Positions 38,621 through 48,347 of a stretch of DNA of 64,000 nt are shown piece after piece. Under the pieces are notes generated by a model that worked only from the letters and a program-made list of their open reading frames with translations, was not told where the DNA came from and did no database searches. The stretch is from positions 39,547 to 103,546 of the IMG/VR virus record IMGVR_UViG_3300030099_007533; one strand, written 5' to 3'. The translations under genes were made by a program, and so were the position numbers. Every line of letters starts with the position of its first letter. Position 1 is the first letter of the stretch. The DNA is from a virus.

Positions 38621-39445
38621 TTAATTGCTGTTATCAAAATATTTTAACGTTAACCCCATATCTTTTATCAAGTCTTGAACTATTTTATAATTTTGCGGGT
38701 TTGTAATCGGTCTTACTATATGTGCGTGCCAATAGTCCTTACTTTTTAACCTATCTAAATCATATCTACAACGAAACATTCGATCAATTTTTTTTGATGA
38801 AAGATTGTTTAAAACCCACTCGGCATCAATAAAAACAACATCTTTATTTTCATAAACTTTGCTTGATATATATGCCTCGTCCAAACCCCACCACTTTTGA
38901 TTTTTTAAATTCCAATTAAACCCTTCTCTTGCTTGCAAGTCCATTCTTAAATTCCAGATTTTAATTAACTCTTTTTCAAAGTCATCCTCTATCTCTAAAA
39001 CTCTTTTGAATGTTTTTCCTTTAGCAATGTTTCTGCCAGATGCAACATGCCCAATATTTCCATAAGGCTTTGCGCCTCGACCAACAACATATTTATCATC
39101 TTTAATTTCATCAATTTTTTTCCACAAAATGTCAGAGATTGGTATTACATCAATTCCTGAAGTGCAGCAAACATCATCAGGAAAAAGATTAGACGCTGCC
39201 CAAAAAGGTGCCCATGTGACTGACCAATCCATGTTGGGGTCCTGTACTACATTTGGATATTTATTCAAACGATAAACTTCACCAAAGCCTGATTTGACCT
39301 CCATGTCTAATTCTTCTTTAGTCCCACAGAATATTAATGTTGGTATAATATCAGTTGTTTTTTCATAAATTTCTGCTACCATATCCCACATGCCAGAATA
39401 TAGTTTAGAGTTGTTTAAAGACATTATCATTCTTTTTATTTTCAT
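38621..39445 (-). CDS. Putative glycosyltransferase of unclassified family (paralog of 33861-34697)
   Basis: VTWAPFWAASNLFPDDVCCTSGIDVIPI, AKGKTFKRVL, WGLDEAYISSKV. Confidence 0.5.
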   Translation of the reverse strand: MKIKRMIMSLNNSKLYSGMWDMVAEIYEKTTDIIPTLIFCGTKEELDMEVKSGFGEVYRLNKYPNVVQDPNMDWSVTWAPFWAASNLFPDDVCCTSGIDVIPISDILWKKIDEIKDDKYVVGRGAKPYGNIGHVASGRNIAKGKTFKRVLEIEDDFEKELIKIWNLRMDLQAREGFNWNLKNQKWWGLDEAYISSKVYENKDVVFIDAEWVLNNLSSKKIDRMFRCRYDLDRLKSKDYWHAHIVRPITNPQNYKIVQDLIKDMGLTLKYFDNSN

Positions 39446-39496
39446 TATTTATACCTATCTTGTTTTAAATCAATAATATACGTTATAATGGTTGCT

Positions 39497-40405
39497 TTAA
39501 ATTTTTTCTCCCACACTTATAACAGTTTTGCAATCATACTCCGTAACCAATAGAGTGCCATCAGCCGTTTTAACCAAAAACGTTTTATCTTCAAAAATTT
39601 CTACCACTTCTCCAACATTATATTGTCCATACTCAATTTTTGTATCAAAAGGAACCGCTTTCCATATCATGATTTTTCTAACTGGGCTAAACGCGCCGGG
39701 ATAAGGATGGGTTACCGCCCTCACAAGGTTATATATCTCTACTGTAGAACTGGACCAATTTATTTTGCCATCTTCTGGAGTTCTTTTTGGATAATATGTC
39801 GCGTCGTGTTCATTTTGCTTAGTTGTTGCAGCAGTGCCATTTTCAATTAATGGCATGTTTTTTAACAACATTTTTCGCAAACAAATTTGAACTTTCTTAT
39901 AAATTGTTTGACAAGTGTCCCAGTTATTTATATCAAACTCATAAAAATCGATAATATCTCCAGAATCAACACCTGCATCTATGTAAAACAAGTGAAGTAT
40001 AAACCGGTCTTTTCCCTCAATCAGAGACCAGTTTATTGGAGAGCGACCTCGACCCTTTGGAAGTGGCTCAGAACTGCCATGAGCGCCGAGACAACCACAG
40101 TTAACACTTTTAATAATATCATCTGGTATTAATCTTTGCCACCCAAAAACCATTAGGATGTCAAACTTGTTTTGTTCAAAAAATAGTTTATCTTGTTTGC
40201 TTTTTAAATTAAATTTTTCTGGATAATAAATTGGAATATTATATTTCTGCGCGATTGTTGAGAAATCTTTATAACCTGAAACTTTATGTTTGATTGCCTG
40301 CTCTGAATCTAAAGTTATGATATAATCAATTTTTAAACCATTTTCTAATAAATGTGCCAACAGGCTGTGCCCCGACTCAATACAATTAACATACCCAATT
40401 TTCAT
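39497..40405 (-). CDS. Sugar N-formyltransferase (ArnA/Fmt-like)
   Basis: GWQRLIP, H.S..PLPKGRGRSPINW, GVDSGDI, KRTPEDGKINW, RAVTHPYPGAF. Confidence 0.88.
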   Translation of the reverse strand: MKIGYVNCIESGHSLLAHLLENGLKIDYIITLDSEQAIKHKVSGYKDFSTIAQKYNIPIYYPEKFNLKSKQDKLFFEQNKFDILMVFGWQRLIPDDIIKSVNCGCLGAHGSSEPLPKGRGRSPINWSLIEGKDRFILHLFYIDAGVDSGDIIDFYEFDINNWDTCQTIYKKVQICLRKMLLKNMPLIENGTAATTKQNEHDATYYPKRTPEDGKINWSSSTVEIYNLVRAVTHPYPGAFSPVRKIMIWKAVPFDTKIEYGQYNVGEVVEIFEDKTFLVKTADGTLLVTEYDCKTVISVGEKI

Positions 40406-40407
40406 TA

Positions 40408-41058
40408 TTAGTAATTCTCCAATGGTGTTGTTTCATACCACCAAACTGGGTGTGTGAGAACGTAAAGTTTATCTTCCCCCTTATTTATCCAGTTAAGCAT
40501 ATCTCCCTCTCTCCAACGACACCCAGAATCAGATATATATTTAGCGTTATCCGTAAGAGATGGACAATAAGCCTCATAACTTAAATTAAAATAATTTAAG
40601 TTATCATTAGTAATTTGAAATCCGGTTCTGGCTGGTTCATGTGTTGAAACGCCACATATTTCTATATCAAACAAGTTCATGAAACATTGTATTTGATTTT
40701 TTACATATTCATTTCTAGAATTTTCAAAAAATATCATTGAAAAATCAGGTTCTTGATGGAACCCAATTTCATGTCCAAGAGATGCTATTTTTTTTATAAT
40801 TTTATAATTCTTATAATCTAATGGGTTGTAGTGTGTAGAATGCATCCTTATAAAATAAGATGCGCTTATACCTAAATCACTTTCTATTGTTGCCATTTTT
40901 AGAGCATTGTCGAGCGAATAATCTACATCGTGACGTAGAATTATTATTTTTTCGTGCTTTTGTATTAATTCATGTTCTTTGCACATTAAAAATTTATATT
41001 TCTTCTCTAATGCCGCCTGTAACGTTCTTTTATAATAGTCATAAGTAAACATGCTCAT
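40408..41058 (-). CDS. Polysaccharide deacetylase-like (NodB/WbmS-type)
   Basis: ILRHDVD, ASYFI, GHEIGFH, STHEP, YISDSG..WRE, LTHPVWW. Confidence 0.78.
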   Translation of the reverse strand: MSMFTYDYYKRTLQAALEKKYKFLMCKEHELIQKHEKIIILRHDVDYSLDNALKMATIESDLGISASYFIRMHSTHYNPLDYKNYKIIKKIASLGHEIGFHQEPDFSMIFFENSRNEYVKNQIQCFMNLFDIEICGVSTHEPARTGFQITNDNLNYFNLSYEAYCPSLTDNAKYISDSGCRWREGDMLNWINKGEDKLYVLTHPVWWYETTPLENY

Positions 41059-41060
41059 TC

Positions 41061-41822
41061 CTATTTTATCTCCTTTTTCTCACACTTGCAAAGTTCTTTC
41101 ATCCAACCAGCATTGCTATATTCAATTAGCGGCACATCTATCAAAATAGATTTGTTAAAAGTATAAAGGGTCTCCATACAAAATTCATAATCTTCAGCAG
41201 GTGCCCACAGATCTTGCCAATCTTTCCAAACAATCTCTTTGAGAACTTCTTTTTTAATAGCAAAACTTCCTGTAAGCGTGCATTTCATAATGTCGCTGCC
41301 GTAAGACTTAGATATATCAACACACCCCTTTAAACCGTTTTTTGAGAAATAGCGAGTGTGTAATTCATTTGAACTAAAATACTTAATATCTTTTAAGATA
41401 AAGTTTTTACTTTTTTCAATATCGCCCACCCAACGATGATTTAAATGAACAATGTCATAATTTTTAAAAAAATATTTAATTATTTCTACTCTTTGTGGAT
41501 GTGCCAAGTCATCGGCGTCTCCATAAATAATAACATCTCCTGTAGATTCCATAGAACCTGCTTGTCTATTGGGTCCATGTGTCTTTTTCTCTTTGTGGCT
41601 GATTATTTTAAATTTTTTAAACACTTTCCCCTTAGAACACAAAGAAAAATACTTTAAGTATTCTGGGTCTATTTTATAGTTTTTTAATAATGGAGATTGG
41701 CTTAGAGAGATAATCACCTCGTCTGGCTCAACTGTGCCGTTCTCGTAAGATTTTAAAACTGAAAATAAATTATTTGCAAAGTGGTTAGGTGTGCAGGGTA
41801 TAACTAAACTTGTTTTCATCAT
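41061..41822 (-). CDS. GT2-like glycosyltransferase
   Basis: SLVIP, PDEVII, NRQAG, DADDLAHPQR, AEDYEF. Confidence 0.8.
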   Translation of the reverse strand: MMKTSLVIPCTPNHFANNLFSVLKSYENGTVEPDEVIISLSQSPLLKNYKIDPEYLKYFSLCSKGKVFKKFKIISHKEKKTHGPNRQAGSMESTGDVIIYGDADDLAHPQRVEIIKYFFKNYDIVHLNHRWVGDIEKSKNFILKDIKYFSSNELHTRYFSKNGLKGCVDISKSYGSDIMKCTLTGSFAIKKEVLKEIVWKDWQDLWAPAEDYEFCMETLYTFNKSILIDVPLIEYSNAGWMKELCKCEKKEIK

Positions 41823-41827
41823 TATTC

Positions 41828-42451
41828 TTAGAGCACTACATGGCTATAAAGACCAGTCAACTTATTTTTAATTACTAATTTAAGATCTGGGTATCTTTCT
41901 ACAAAATTTTTAGGAGTTAAATCTGGTTGAAGGTGTTCTTCCCACTGGTTTCCGCCCTCGGGTCCTTGGACGTAATTATATGGCACCGCTACGAGTAAAC
42001 AATCACATTTTTTTAAAAGCTTCTTTATTAATTTTTGAGCCTGTTTTACCTCTATATGTTCTAATATATCTCCCATTATTATTAAATCATAATGGTCAAA
42101 TTCAAAATCTAATATGTTACAATTAAAAACATTTGAATAATACTTTTCATACTGATAGTATTCGATGTGTGGTGTATAAACTTCTACACAATCAATATTT
42201 TTTATGTTTAAAAATCTATCTAAAAGTGCTTGATATCCACCCGCGCCGGGTCCAACATCTAAAACTTTTATGTTTGCGACTTTATCTTCTCCATATTTGT
42301 GAGTAAAAACACCCTTTATATGAACCAATGATTCATATTTAAAATACTCATAGCTGCAACCTCCTTTGTTTAGGATTCTTCCAAGACTGGGTGCATTAAA
42401 CTTAAATTTGTGAAAATAATCTTGCACTTCTTGTTTATTAAATTCTTTCAT
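41828..42451 (-). CDS. Class I SAM-dependent methyltransferase
   Basis: VLDVGPGAG, YDLIIMGDILEH, LLVAVP. Confidence 0.85.
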   Translation of the reverse strand: MKEFNKQEVQDYFHKFKFNAPSLGRILNKGGCSYEYFKYESLVHIKGVFTHKYGEDKVANIKVLDVGPGAGGYQALLDRFLNIKNIDCVEVYTPHIEYYQYEKYYSNVFNCNILDFEFDHYDLIIMGDILEHIEVKQAQKLIKKLLKKCDCLLVAVPYNYVQGPEGGNQWEEHLQPDLTPKNFVERYPDLKLVIKNKLTGLYSHVVL

Positions 42452-42472
42452 GTTTTTTCTCTATACAGGCGT

Positions 42473-43168
42473 TTACAAAAGATCTCTATGGTGCTCTGGT
42501 TTGTTATTTTCATTAAAGATTTCTCCGATAAACCCTTCCTTCTTGTTCTTTCTTATTATAGGATAATTTTTTGATTTTGTTAAATATTTATTTCCATTAT
42601 TATCTACCGAAGACCGTGTATAACTATCATGACTCACGCTGCTATTGTAAAAGTTTTCATACAAACTTTTCAGAAAAATCATATCATCCATCTTTTTAAA
42701 TGAATAGTTTGGACTAATAAACCTTTTGTAGTCCTTTATAAAATTATAATTGCCGTTGACTTTATTAAATCCAAACATCCCACCCATAACAACATAATTG
42801 TGGTGTGGGTGGTCTCTCATGGTGTGCAAAGATTTTGAAGAAGCCAGCCATTCATCAACAGCGGCTTTCTCTCTTATTGACGGTCGTGAATCAGCGTCTC
42901 TAACACAAAAAATATCCACAGTAGTGTCTGTGAACGGCATAAACCTCCAAAACATTCCCGGCATGTTTATATTTGTCATATCTACAACTTCAATCCCTTC
43001 AAGTTTTTTAAAGTAACTTAAGCTTTCTTGATCTACAGTATTATCAACATAAATTCTTACAACCCAATCATCGCCGTAAATTTTTGGAACCATATCAATA
43101 TTTTGTTTCATCCCTTCGATGTATTTTGGATCCGAACCATAAAGAGAAAATGAGATAATTTTTTTCAT
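42473..43168 (-). CDS. Uncharacterised GT-A-like protein
   Basis: ISFSLYG..PKY, MFWRF, RDADSR...RE..AVDEWL, MRDHPHH, MGGMFG; DxD motif. Confidence 0.55.
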   Translation of the reverse strand: MKKIISFSLYGSDPKYIEGMKQNIDMVPKIYGDDWVVRIYVDNTVDQESLSYFKKLEGIEVVDMTNINMPGMFWRFMPFTDTTVDIFCVRDADSRPSIREKAAVDEWLASSKSLHTMRDHPHHNYVVMGGMFGFNKVNGNYNFIKDYKRFISPNYSFKKMDDMIFLKSLYENFYNSSVSHDSYTRSSVDNNGNKYLTKSKNYPIIRKNKKEGFIGEIFNENNKPEHHRDLL

Positions 43169-43170
43169 TT

Positions 43171-43815
43171 TTATATTATATCATACAATTCTACTGTTTT
43201 AAGTTGTTCAACACGATTAAAGCCCTTTTTCGCCAACTGATAATTAATATGAAAGGCATCAATTGCGGCTTTAGAAAAATAACTTTTTTGTAATTGAGAT
43301 TTAAAACAATTTAAACATTTAATTTTTGTGTCGTATTGTTCTTCTATGTCAACATATAGGTTTGGCACCCAAGAGGTAAGAGTGCTCGGCGTCTTATATT
43401 CAATTATCGAAATTGCAGTATGTCTGGCTAACGGTGCTGCTAAATTATTAACAAAGCGATGCTCAAACATAGAGTCATCTTTTGTCGGTACAAACAAACA
43501 ATCAAACTTTTGGTTTTTAAGAACATTTTTTTCCATATAATTGACCCATTCAGAGTCACGATCTTTTTCCTCAAAATATTCACAATCAGTAAAAATTAGT
43601 TTTGAGTTTTTAATATTAGCAGTTTTCCATGCATTTCTAACTTCGTCCCATCTTGTTCGATCAACAGAGTTCATAAATTTTATACCACCCATTGTCATGC
43701 AAAATATATGAAAATTTGTTTCATGGTATTTTATTATAGTACCAATCAACCCATATTCAACATCATCTGGATGGGGGGACACACACAACACATTATCGTA
43801 ACCTAAAAATTTCAT
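43171..43815 (-). CDS. PIG-L/LmbE family de-N-acetylase
   Basis: SPHPDDVE, R.DE..NA, D.MFEHR, KIKCLNCFKSQ. Confidence 0.85.
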   Translation of the reverse strand: MKFLGYDNVLCVSPHPDDVEYGLIGTIIKYHETNFHIFCMTMGGIKFMNSVDRTRWDEVRNAWKTANIKNSKLIFTDCEYFEEKDRDSEWVNYMEKNVLKNQKFDCLFVPTKDDSMFEHRFVNNLAAPLARHTAISIIEYKTPSTLTSWVPNLYVDIEEQYDTKIKCLNCFKSQLQKSYFSKAAIDAFHINYQLAKKGFNRVEQLKTVELYDII

Positions 43816-43823
43816 TATACTTT

Positions 43824-44579
43824 TTATTCCACATCCTTAAAAAATATTTTTCCTTCTCCAAGAAAGGGTATTGTTGGTGGTAGTTTTTTATTTTTATAAA
43901 GTTCAATATTGCTTTTATATTTTTGTTCATCGCCATTATAGTGAATGGCTTTTTTAGGAATGTCGTAGGAGAAAACTTTTGTATCATATAAACTTTTATG
44001 TTTATATCCGAAGAGCCATGCTCGTTCTGCCATATCGCCATCTGTATAATAATATTTAAACTTCATGTCGTACATGCCAATTTCTTTAAATATTTTTTTG
44101 TGGTACAGTCCAAAATTTAAAACTAACTCGCCTTCTATATTGTGTTCGCTTTTTGTATCGTGCAAAAACCACCTTTCTTTTTTTCCATTACCACGAAGCC
44201 ATTCTTCATCGAGTATGTCTAATTTGCTTCTGCCATATTTCCAATTAAATGGATAAAATTCAGCGTCACCAGCAGCAATCTCGTTTATAACTTCCTGCCA
44301 ATTTGTGATTAATAGAACATCATCATTCCATTGGCATATCCAATCGTGAGTTGCATGTAATATTCCCAAATTCATAAAATGAGGATAATGGCTTCTCTTA
44401 CCAAAGTTTATAAACTTAACTCTTGGATGGTTTAATTCATTAAAAAAATCTACAGTGCCATCAGTTGAGCCGCCATCAACAACTACAAGTTCTACTTCAT
44501 CATTTGACAATACTGTATTCTCTAATAAGTCTTGAATATATTGTTTTCTGTTTAATGTACCAGTAACGATGCTAATCAT
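43824..44579 (-). CDS. GT2 glycosyltransferase
   Basis: ISIVT.TLNR, VVVDGGSTDGT, NLGI, WNDD, GMYD..F..Y.TDGD. Confidence 0.88.
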   Translation of the reverse strand: MISIVTGTLNRKQYIQDLLENTVLSNDEVELVVVDGGSTDGTVDFFNELNHPRVKFINFGKRSHYPHFMNLGILHATHDWICQWNDDVLLITNWQEVINEIAAGDAEFYPFNWKYGRSKLDILDEEWLRGNGKKERWFLHDTKSEHNIEGELVLNFGLYHKKIFKEIGMYDMKFKYYYTDGDMAERAWLFGYKHKSLYDTKVFSYDIPKKAIHYNGDEQKYKSNIELYKNKKLPPTIPFLGEGKIFFKDVE

Positions 44580-45204
44580 TTATTTCTTCCTTAATATAAA
44601 CTGCATCTCCCCATGTTTGTCCGACCCAGTTAGTTTCTACTCTTTTAAAATTAAATCTTTCTAAAAATTTATCAAGATCGTTAACATATGCATTACCTTT
44701 ATATAATTCAGCGCGATTTACTTCTGATATAATCAGATCAATGTTCTTTAAACTTTTTTCTGCACCTTTAAAAACTTCTAATTCATATCCTTGAACATCG
44801 ATGCACATCACATTATGTTTCTGTTCAACATTGGTAAAAAAATCATCTAAAGTTGTTATTTTTACTTTTTCTTTTTTATTAAATTTAATATGTGGATATT
44901 GATATTTATGCCCTCTCGGCTTCAATATGGAGCTTGACTGGCTTTTATTTGCAGTTTCAACAAACATCTCTACTTCTCCAACAAAATTTCCTAAAGCGCT
45001 ATTGATTAATAAAATATCATCGCTCTTTGGAACATTACTGGACAAGACCGAAAAAATCTCTTTTAATGGTTCAAAAAAAATTAAATTTTCAATACCGCTC
45101 TTTTTATATATTTTGTATTCTTGCCCATAATGAGCACCAATCTGGACCACACCAGTCGGCGTTATATTATATTCTTTTAAAACTTTTTCAAACTCTATAA
45201 ACAT
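44572..45204 (-). CDS. FkbM-family methyltransferase
   Basis: IGAHYGQE, FFEP, SSSIL, TLDD, IDVQGYELEVFKG. Confidence 0.9.
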   Translation of the reverse strand: MFIEFEKVLKEYNITPTGVVQIGAHYGQEYKIYKKSGIENLIFFEPLKEIFSVLSSNVPKSDDILLINSALGNFVGEVEMFVETANKSQSSSILKPRGHKYQYPHIKFNKKEKVKITTLDDFFTNVEQKHNVMCIDVQGYELEVFKGAEKSLKNIDLIISEVNRAELYKGNAYVNDLDKFLERFNFKRVETNWVGQTWGDAVYIKEEIND

Positions 45205-45207
45205 TTT

Positions 45208-46158
45208 TCACCATATAAAATTGTTTTTGTAAAATTTAACAATTTCTCCTATTTCATCATCAAACCGTCTTTTTGGCTCCCAGCCAATAGATCTCAAACG
45301 TTCATCATCCAAAGCATATCTAATATCTTGACCAGTTCTACTATAAGAAAAATCAACATAATCTTCAATATCAATTTTGTTTTTAAAAAAACTTTTTAAT
45401 ATTTGTGAGACAGTTGTCAGATTATTTTGCTCAAAACCGCCAGATACATTAAAAATTTTGTTAGTTTGTCTTGATTCAATAATTTTTATAACTGCTCTGG
45501 CTGTGTCATCTGCGTGTAACCAAGTCCTAATTGGTTTTCCACCATCATGCAATCTAATCTTTTTACCACGAACTAAATTTTTAACTGCTAAAGGAATAAG
45601 CTTTTCTGGATATTGTCCTATTCCATAATTGTTGGTAGGTCGCAAAATAATATATTTTACATGATAAGTTCTTGCCCAAGCATAAACCAGCATGTCCGCT
45701 GCTGCTTTAGCTGCTGAATAAGGATTGCTTGGCTTTAAAAGGTCGTCCTCTTTATGGAAGCCATCATCAATATCACCATAAACTTCATCAGTACTAAAGT
45801 GAAAAAATATTGGTCTCTCATTGCAATTCTCCTGCTTGTGCCTTATTAATTCTAATAGATTCTGAACACCGGTAACATTACTATCTAAAAATTTCTTGCT
45901 ATCAACTATACTATTCCCAACATGTGATTCCGCAGCAAGGTTAATAACATAATCGCAATCATATAGATGGTTCAAATCCTTGATATCAATCTCTTCAAAA
46001 GTAAAATTATTATACCTATTGAATTCGTCCAGAATGCCCCTATTTGCTGCGTATGTGCATTTATCGATTCCATATACCATCCAGCCTTTTTCAAGGCATC
46101 TGCGGGTCACATAGGACCCTATAAAGCCCAAACAGCCTGTGATATATACCACCTTCAT
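45208..46158 (-). CDS. rfbB: NDP-glucose 4,6-dehydratase (RmlB/RfbB-like)
   Basis: TGCLGFIGS, DKCTYAA, AAESHV, STDEVYG, PSNPYSAAK, NNYG..QYPEKLIP. Confidence 0.9.
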   Translation of the reverse strand: MKVVYITGCLGFIGSYVTRRCLEKGWMVYGIDKCTYAANRGILDEFNRYNNFTFEEIDIKDLNHLYDCDYVINLAAESHVGNSIVDSKKFLDSNVTGVQNLLELIRHKQENCNERPIFFHFSTDEVYGDIDDGFHKEDDLLKPSNPYSAAKAAADMLVYAWARTYHVKYIILRPTNNYGIGQYPEKLIPLAVKNLVRGKKIRLHDGGKPIRTWLHADDTARAVIKIIESRQTNKIFNVSGGFEQNNLTTVSQILKSFFKNKIDIEDYVDFSYSRTGQDIRYALDDERLRSIGWEPKRRFDDEIGEIVKFYKNNFIW

Positions 46159-47510
46159 AATTTCCGCTCCTTGAAAAATGAATCAACAACTTTTTGTATA
46201 TATTCAATCTTCTCATCTGTTATGCCTATGTAAGTTCCAAGAAAAAAAGTATTGCCTGTAACATAAGATGCAACTGGGAATGATTTTGTTATATCGTCAT
46301 AATCCGCTGACAGCTTCTCATAAGCTGGATGTGCTAATGCGTTCCCCGTAAAATAAGATCTCGTTTGAATTTTATTTTTTTCAAGGTGATTTACAAATTC
46401 CTGTTTATCAAAAACACAATCTTTTTTTAAAGTTAAAAGGAATCCAAACCAACAAGGATCAGAGTTTTTAGTAGCATACGGCAAATGAAAATATTTTTCA
46501 TATTTTAAGAAGATATTTTTCAATTTAGTAAAGTTTTCTCTCCTCGCAGAATCCATGGCAGGGAGTTTTTTTAACTGTTCAAGTCCCATCGCTCCTTGCA
46601 GATCTAAAGGTTTTAAATTATATCCGATCTCATCAAAAACATATCTATGATCGTAGATAGCCTCTGGCATTTTATCAAACCAAGCTTTAAACCTATTACC
46701 GCAGGCTGTGCCATCGATCACACAGCCGGGTTTGATATCGTTGCAATAGCAAGCTCTCCCCCAGTCGCGAAAACTTGCTAAAGACTTTCGTATTTTTCCG
46801 CTATTAGTGGCGACAAAACCGCCCTCAGCCATGGACATGTGGTGCGCAGGAAAAAACGAACAAGTGGATATGTGCCCATATGAACCAAGCTTTTTATTAT
46901 TATATGTAGATCCAAGAGCATCACAAGCATCTTCTATAAAAATTAGATCATGCTTTTCTACAAGATTCATTAATCGCTCCATATCTGGAGGGTTCCCCAA
47001 AACATGTGCAAACATTATACCCCTAATATCAGGATCTTCCTTTAATTTTTGTTCAACCTGATCTAAATTTAAATTTAGGTTTGGCAGTTCGACATCAACA
47101 AAAACTGGCTTGAACCCATTTTGAATAATGGGGTTTATTGTTGTTGGGAAACAAACTACCGGGGTTATAAACTTGTCACCCTCTTTTAAAGAAAATGTAT
47201 TTTTTGATTTAAGACATGAAACGGCTAACAAGTTTGCAGAACTGCCAGAATTAGTTAATATGCCTCTCTTTTTTCCAAGATATTTTGGGAACTGTATCTC
47301 AAACAACTTATTATTTTTACCAAAAATTACCCAATCGTTTGAAAAGTCATCAAGTATCACTTTTACGGCTGCTAATATTTCATCTTTATCGTAATTGAGA
47401 CCAGAATAAGAAACCCAATCTGTACCGGGGTTCCAAGTATCCTTGCTTCTTTTTTCCTCATAATACTCAGAAACAAGTTCTAATATCTGTTTTCTTTTTT
47501 GATCAAACAT
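46155..47510 (-). CDS. rfbH: NDP-4-keto-6-deoxyglucose 3-dehydrase (E1; RfbH/DdhC)
   Basis: NSGSSANL, FPTT.NPI, EDACDALG, SFFPAHH (His replaces the PLP Lys), RDWGRACYC...C Fe-S cluster motif, GYNLKP. Confidence 0.92.
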   Translation of the reverse strand: MFDQKRKQILELVSEYYEEKRSKDTWNPGTDWVSYSGLNYDKDEILAAVKVILDDFSNDWVIFGKNNKLFEIQFPKYLGKKRGILTNSGSSANLLAVSCLKSKNTFSLKEGDKFITPVVCFPTTINPIIQNGFKPVFVDVELPNLNLNLDQVEQKLKEDPDIRGIMFAHVLGNPPDMERLMNLVEKHDLIFIEDACDALGSTYNNKKLGSYGHISTCSFFPAHHMSMAEGGFVATNSGKIRKSLASFRDWGRACYCNDIKPGCVIDGTACGNRFKAWFDKMPEAIYDHRYVFDEIGYNLKPLDLQGAMGLEQLKKLPAMDSARRENFTKLKNIFLKYEKYFHLPYATKNSDPCWFGFLLTLKKDCVFDKQEFVNHLEKNKIQTRSYFTGNALAHPAYEKLSADYDDITKSFPVASYVTGNTFFLGTYIGITDEKIEYIQKVVDSFFKERKL

Positions 47511-48347
47511 TTAAATAAATTTTCCAATAATGTTTTTTAGTTCTCTTTCTAAGCCAGAAAGTTCTATGTTCATAGTATCTAACTTATTCGATTTTCCAGT
47601 GTATGAGTTTGCCATCTCTCTTTGTTGAACTAATATTTTGCTTTTACTTTTTAAGTTAGATTTTATCATTTTTGCCATCTGTTTTAAAGTATATTTCTTT
47701 TTATATACAGCGTTTAGGTCTTTTGGTAACGATTCTTTCTCATTATCAAAATAAAATTTCAATATTTTACAAAGATCATCTGATGATATGAAATCCATAA
47801 ATTTATCTTGATGTATTATGAGAGGTTCACCTTTCAAAGCATTCTTTATGTTTGTCTTCAAAAACCTACTTTCTTTTTCATATATGCCAAAGCAACCAAA
47901 TATTCTTATGTTGAAAAGCTTATCATACTTGTATATTTCTTTGGTTATGATGTTTTTTGACAATCCATAATAATCTTTTGGGTTTTTCTCGTAGATTTCG
48001 TTCTCTGAACAATCGCTTATTTCTGATGCTCTGTCAAACTCTGCTCCAGAACCAAAGTTTATCAGTTTGCCAAAAGCATCTCTATTGTCTACAAGATTCT
48101 TAAACATTTGTATGTTATTTAAAAAATCTTGTAGAGTGTCTTCTCTGCCTCTAACACCGCCGTTTATTGCACAATTGATGACGACATCGTAATACCGAAT
48201 ATTAAAAAATTTACGAGTTTGTTCGGCAGATGTTAAATCAAAATCCTTTCTTGTAGAAAAACATAAGTCATACTCGCTGTTAAAAAAGTAGTCTTTAATC
48301 TGCTTTGCCAAAAAGCTATTTTCAGCAATTACTAATATCTTTTTCAT
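47511..48347 (-). CDS. NAD-dependent epimerase/reductase (SDR)
   Basis: NSFLAK, FDLT, INCA..GG, GSGAEFD, YGLSK, RIFGCFG. Confidence 0.8.
   Translation of the reverse strand: MKKILVIAENSFLAKQIKDYFFNSEYDLCFSTRKDFDLTSAEQTRKFFNIRYYDVVINCAINGGVRGREDTLQDFLNNIQMFKNLVDNRDAFGKLINFGSGAEFDRASEISDCSENEIYEKNPKDYYGLSKNIITKEIYKYDKLFNIRIFGCFGIYEKESRFLKTNIKNALKGEPLIIHQDKFMDFISSDDLCKILKFYFDNEKESLPKDLNAVYKKKYTLKQMAKMIKSNLKSKSKILVQQREMANSYTGKSNKLDTMNIELSGLERELKNIIGKFI

Noticed and set aside
39446-39453. TATAAATA, the canonical T4 late promoter, just upstream of 38621-39445
   Set aside because: Single occurrence abutting the ATG in very AT-rich DNA; the structural-gene gaps use a different motif.
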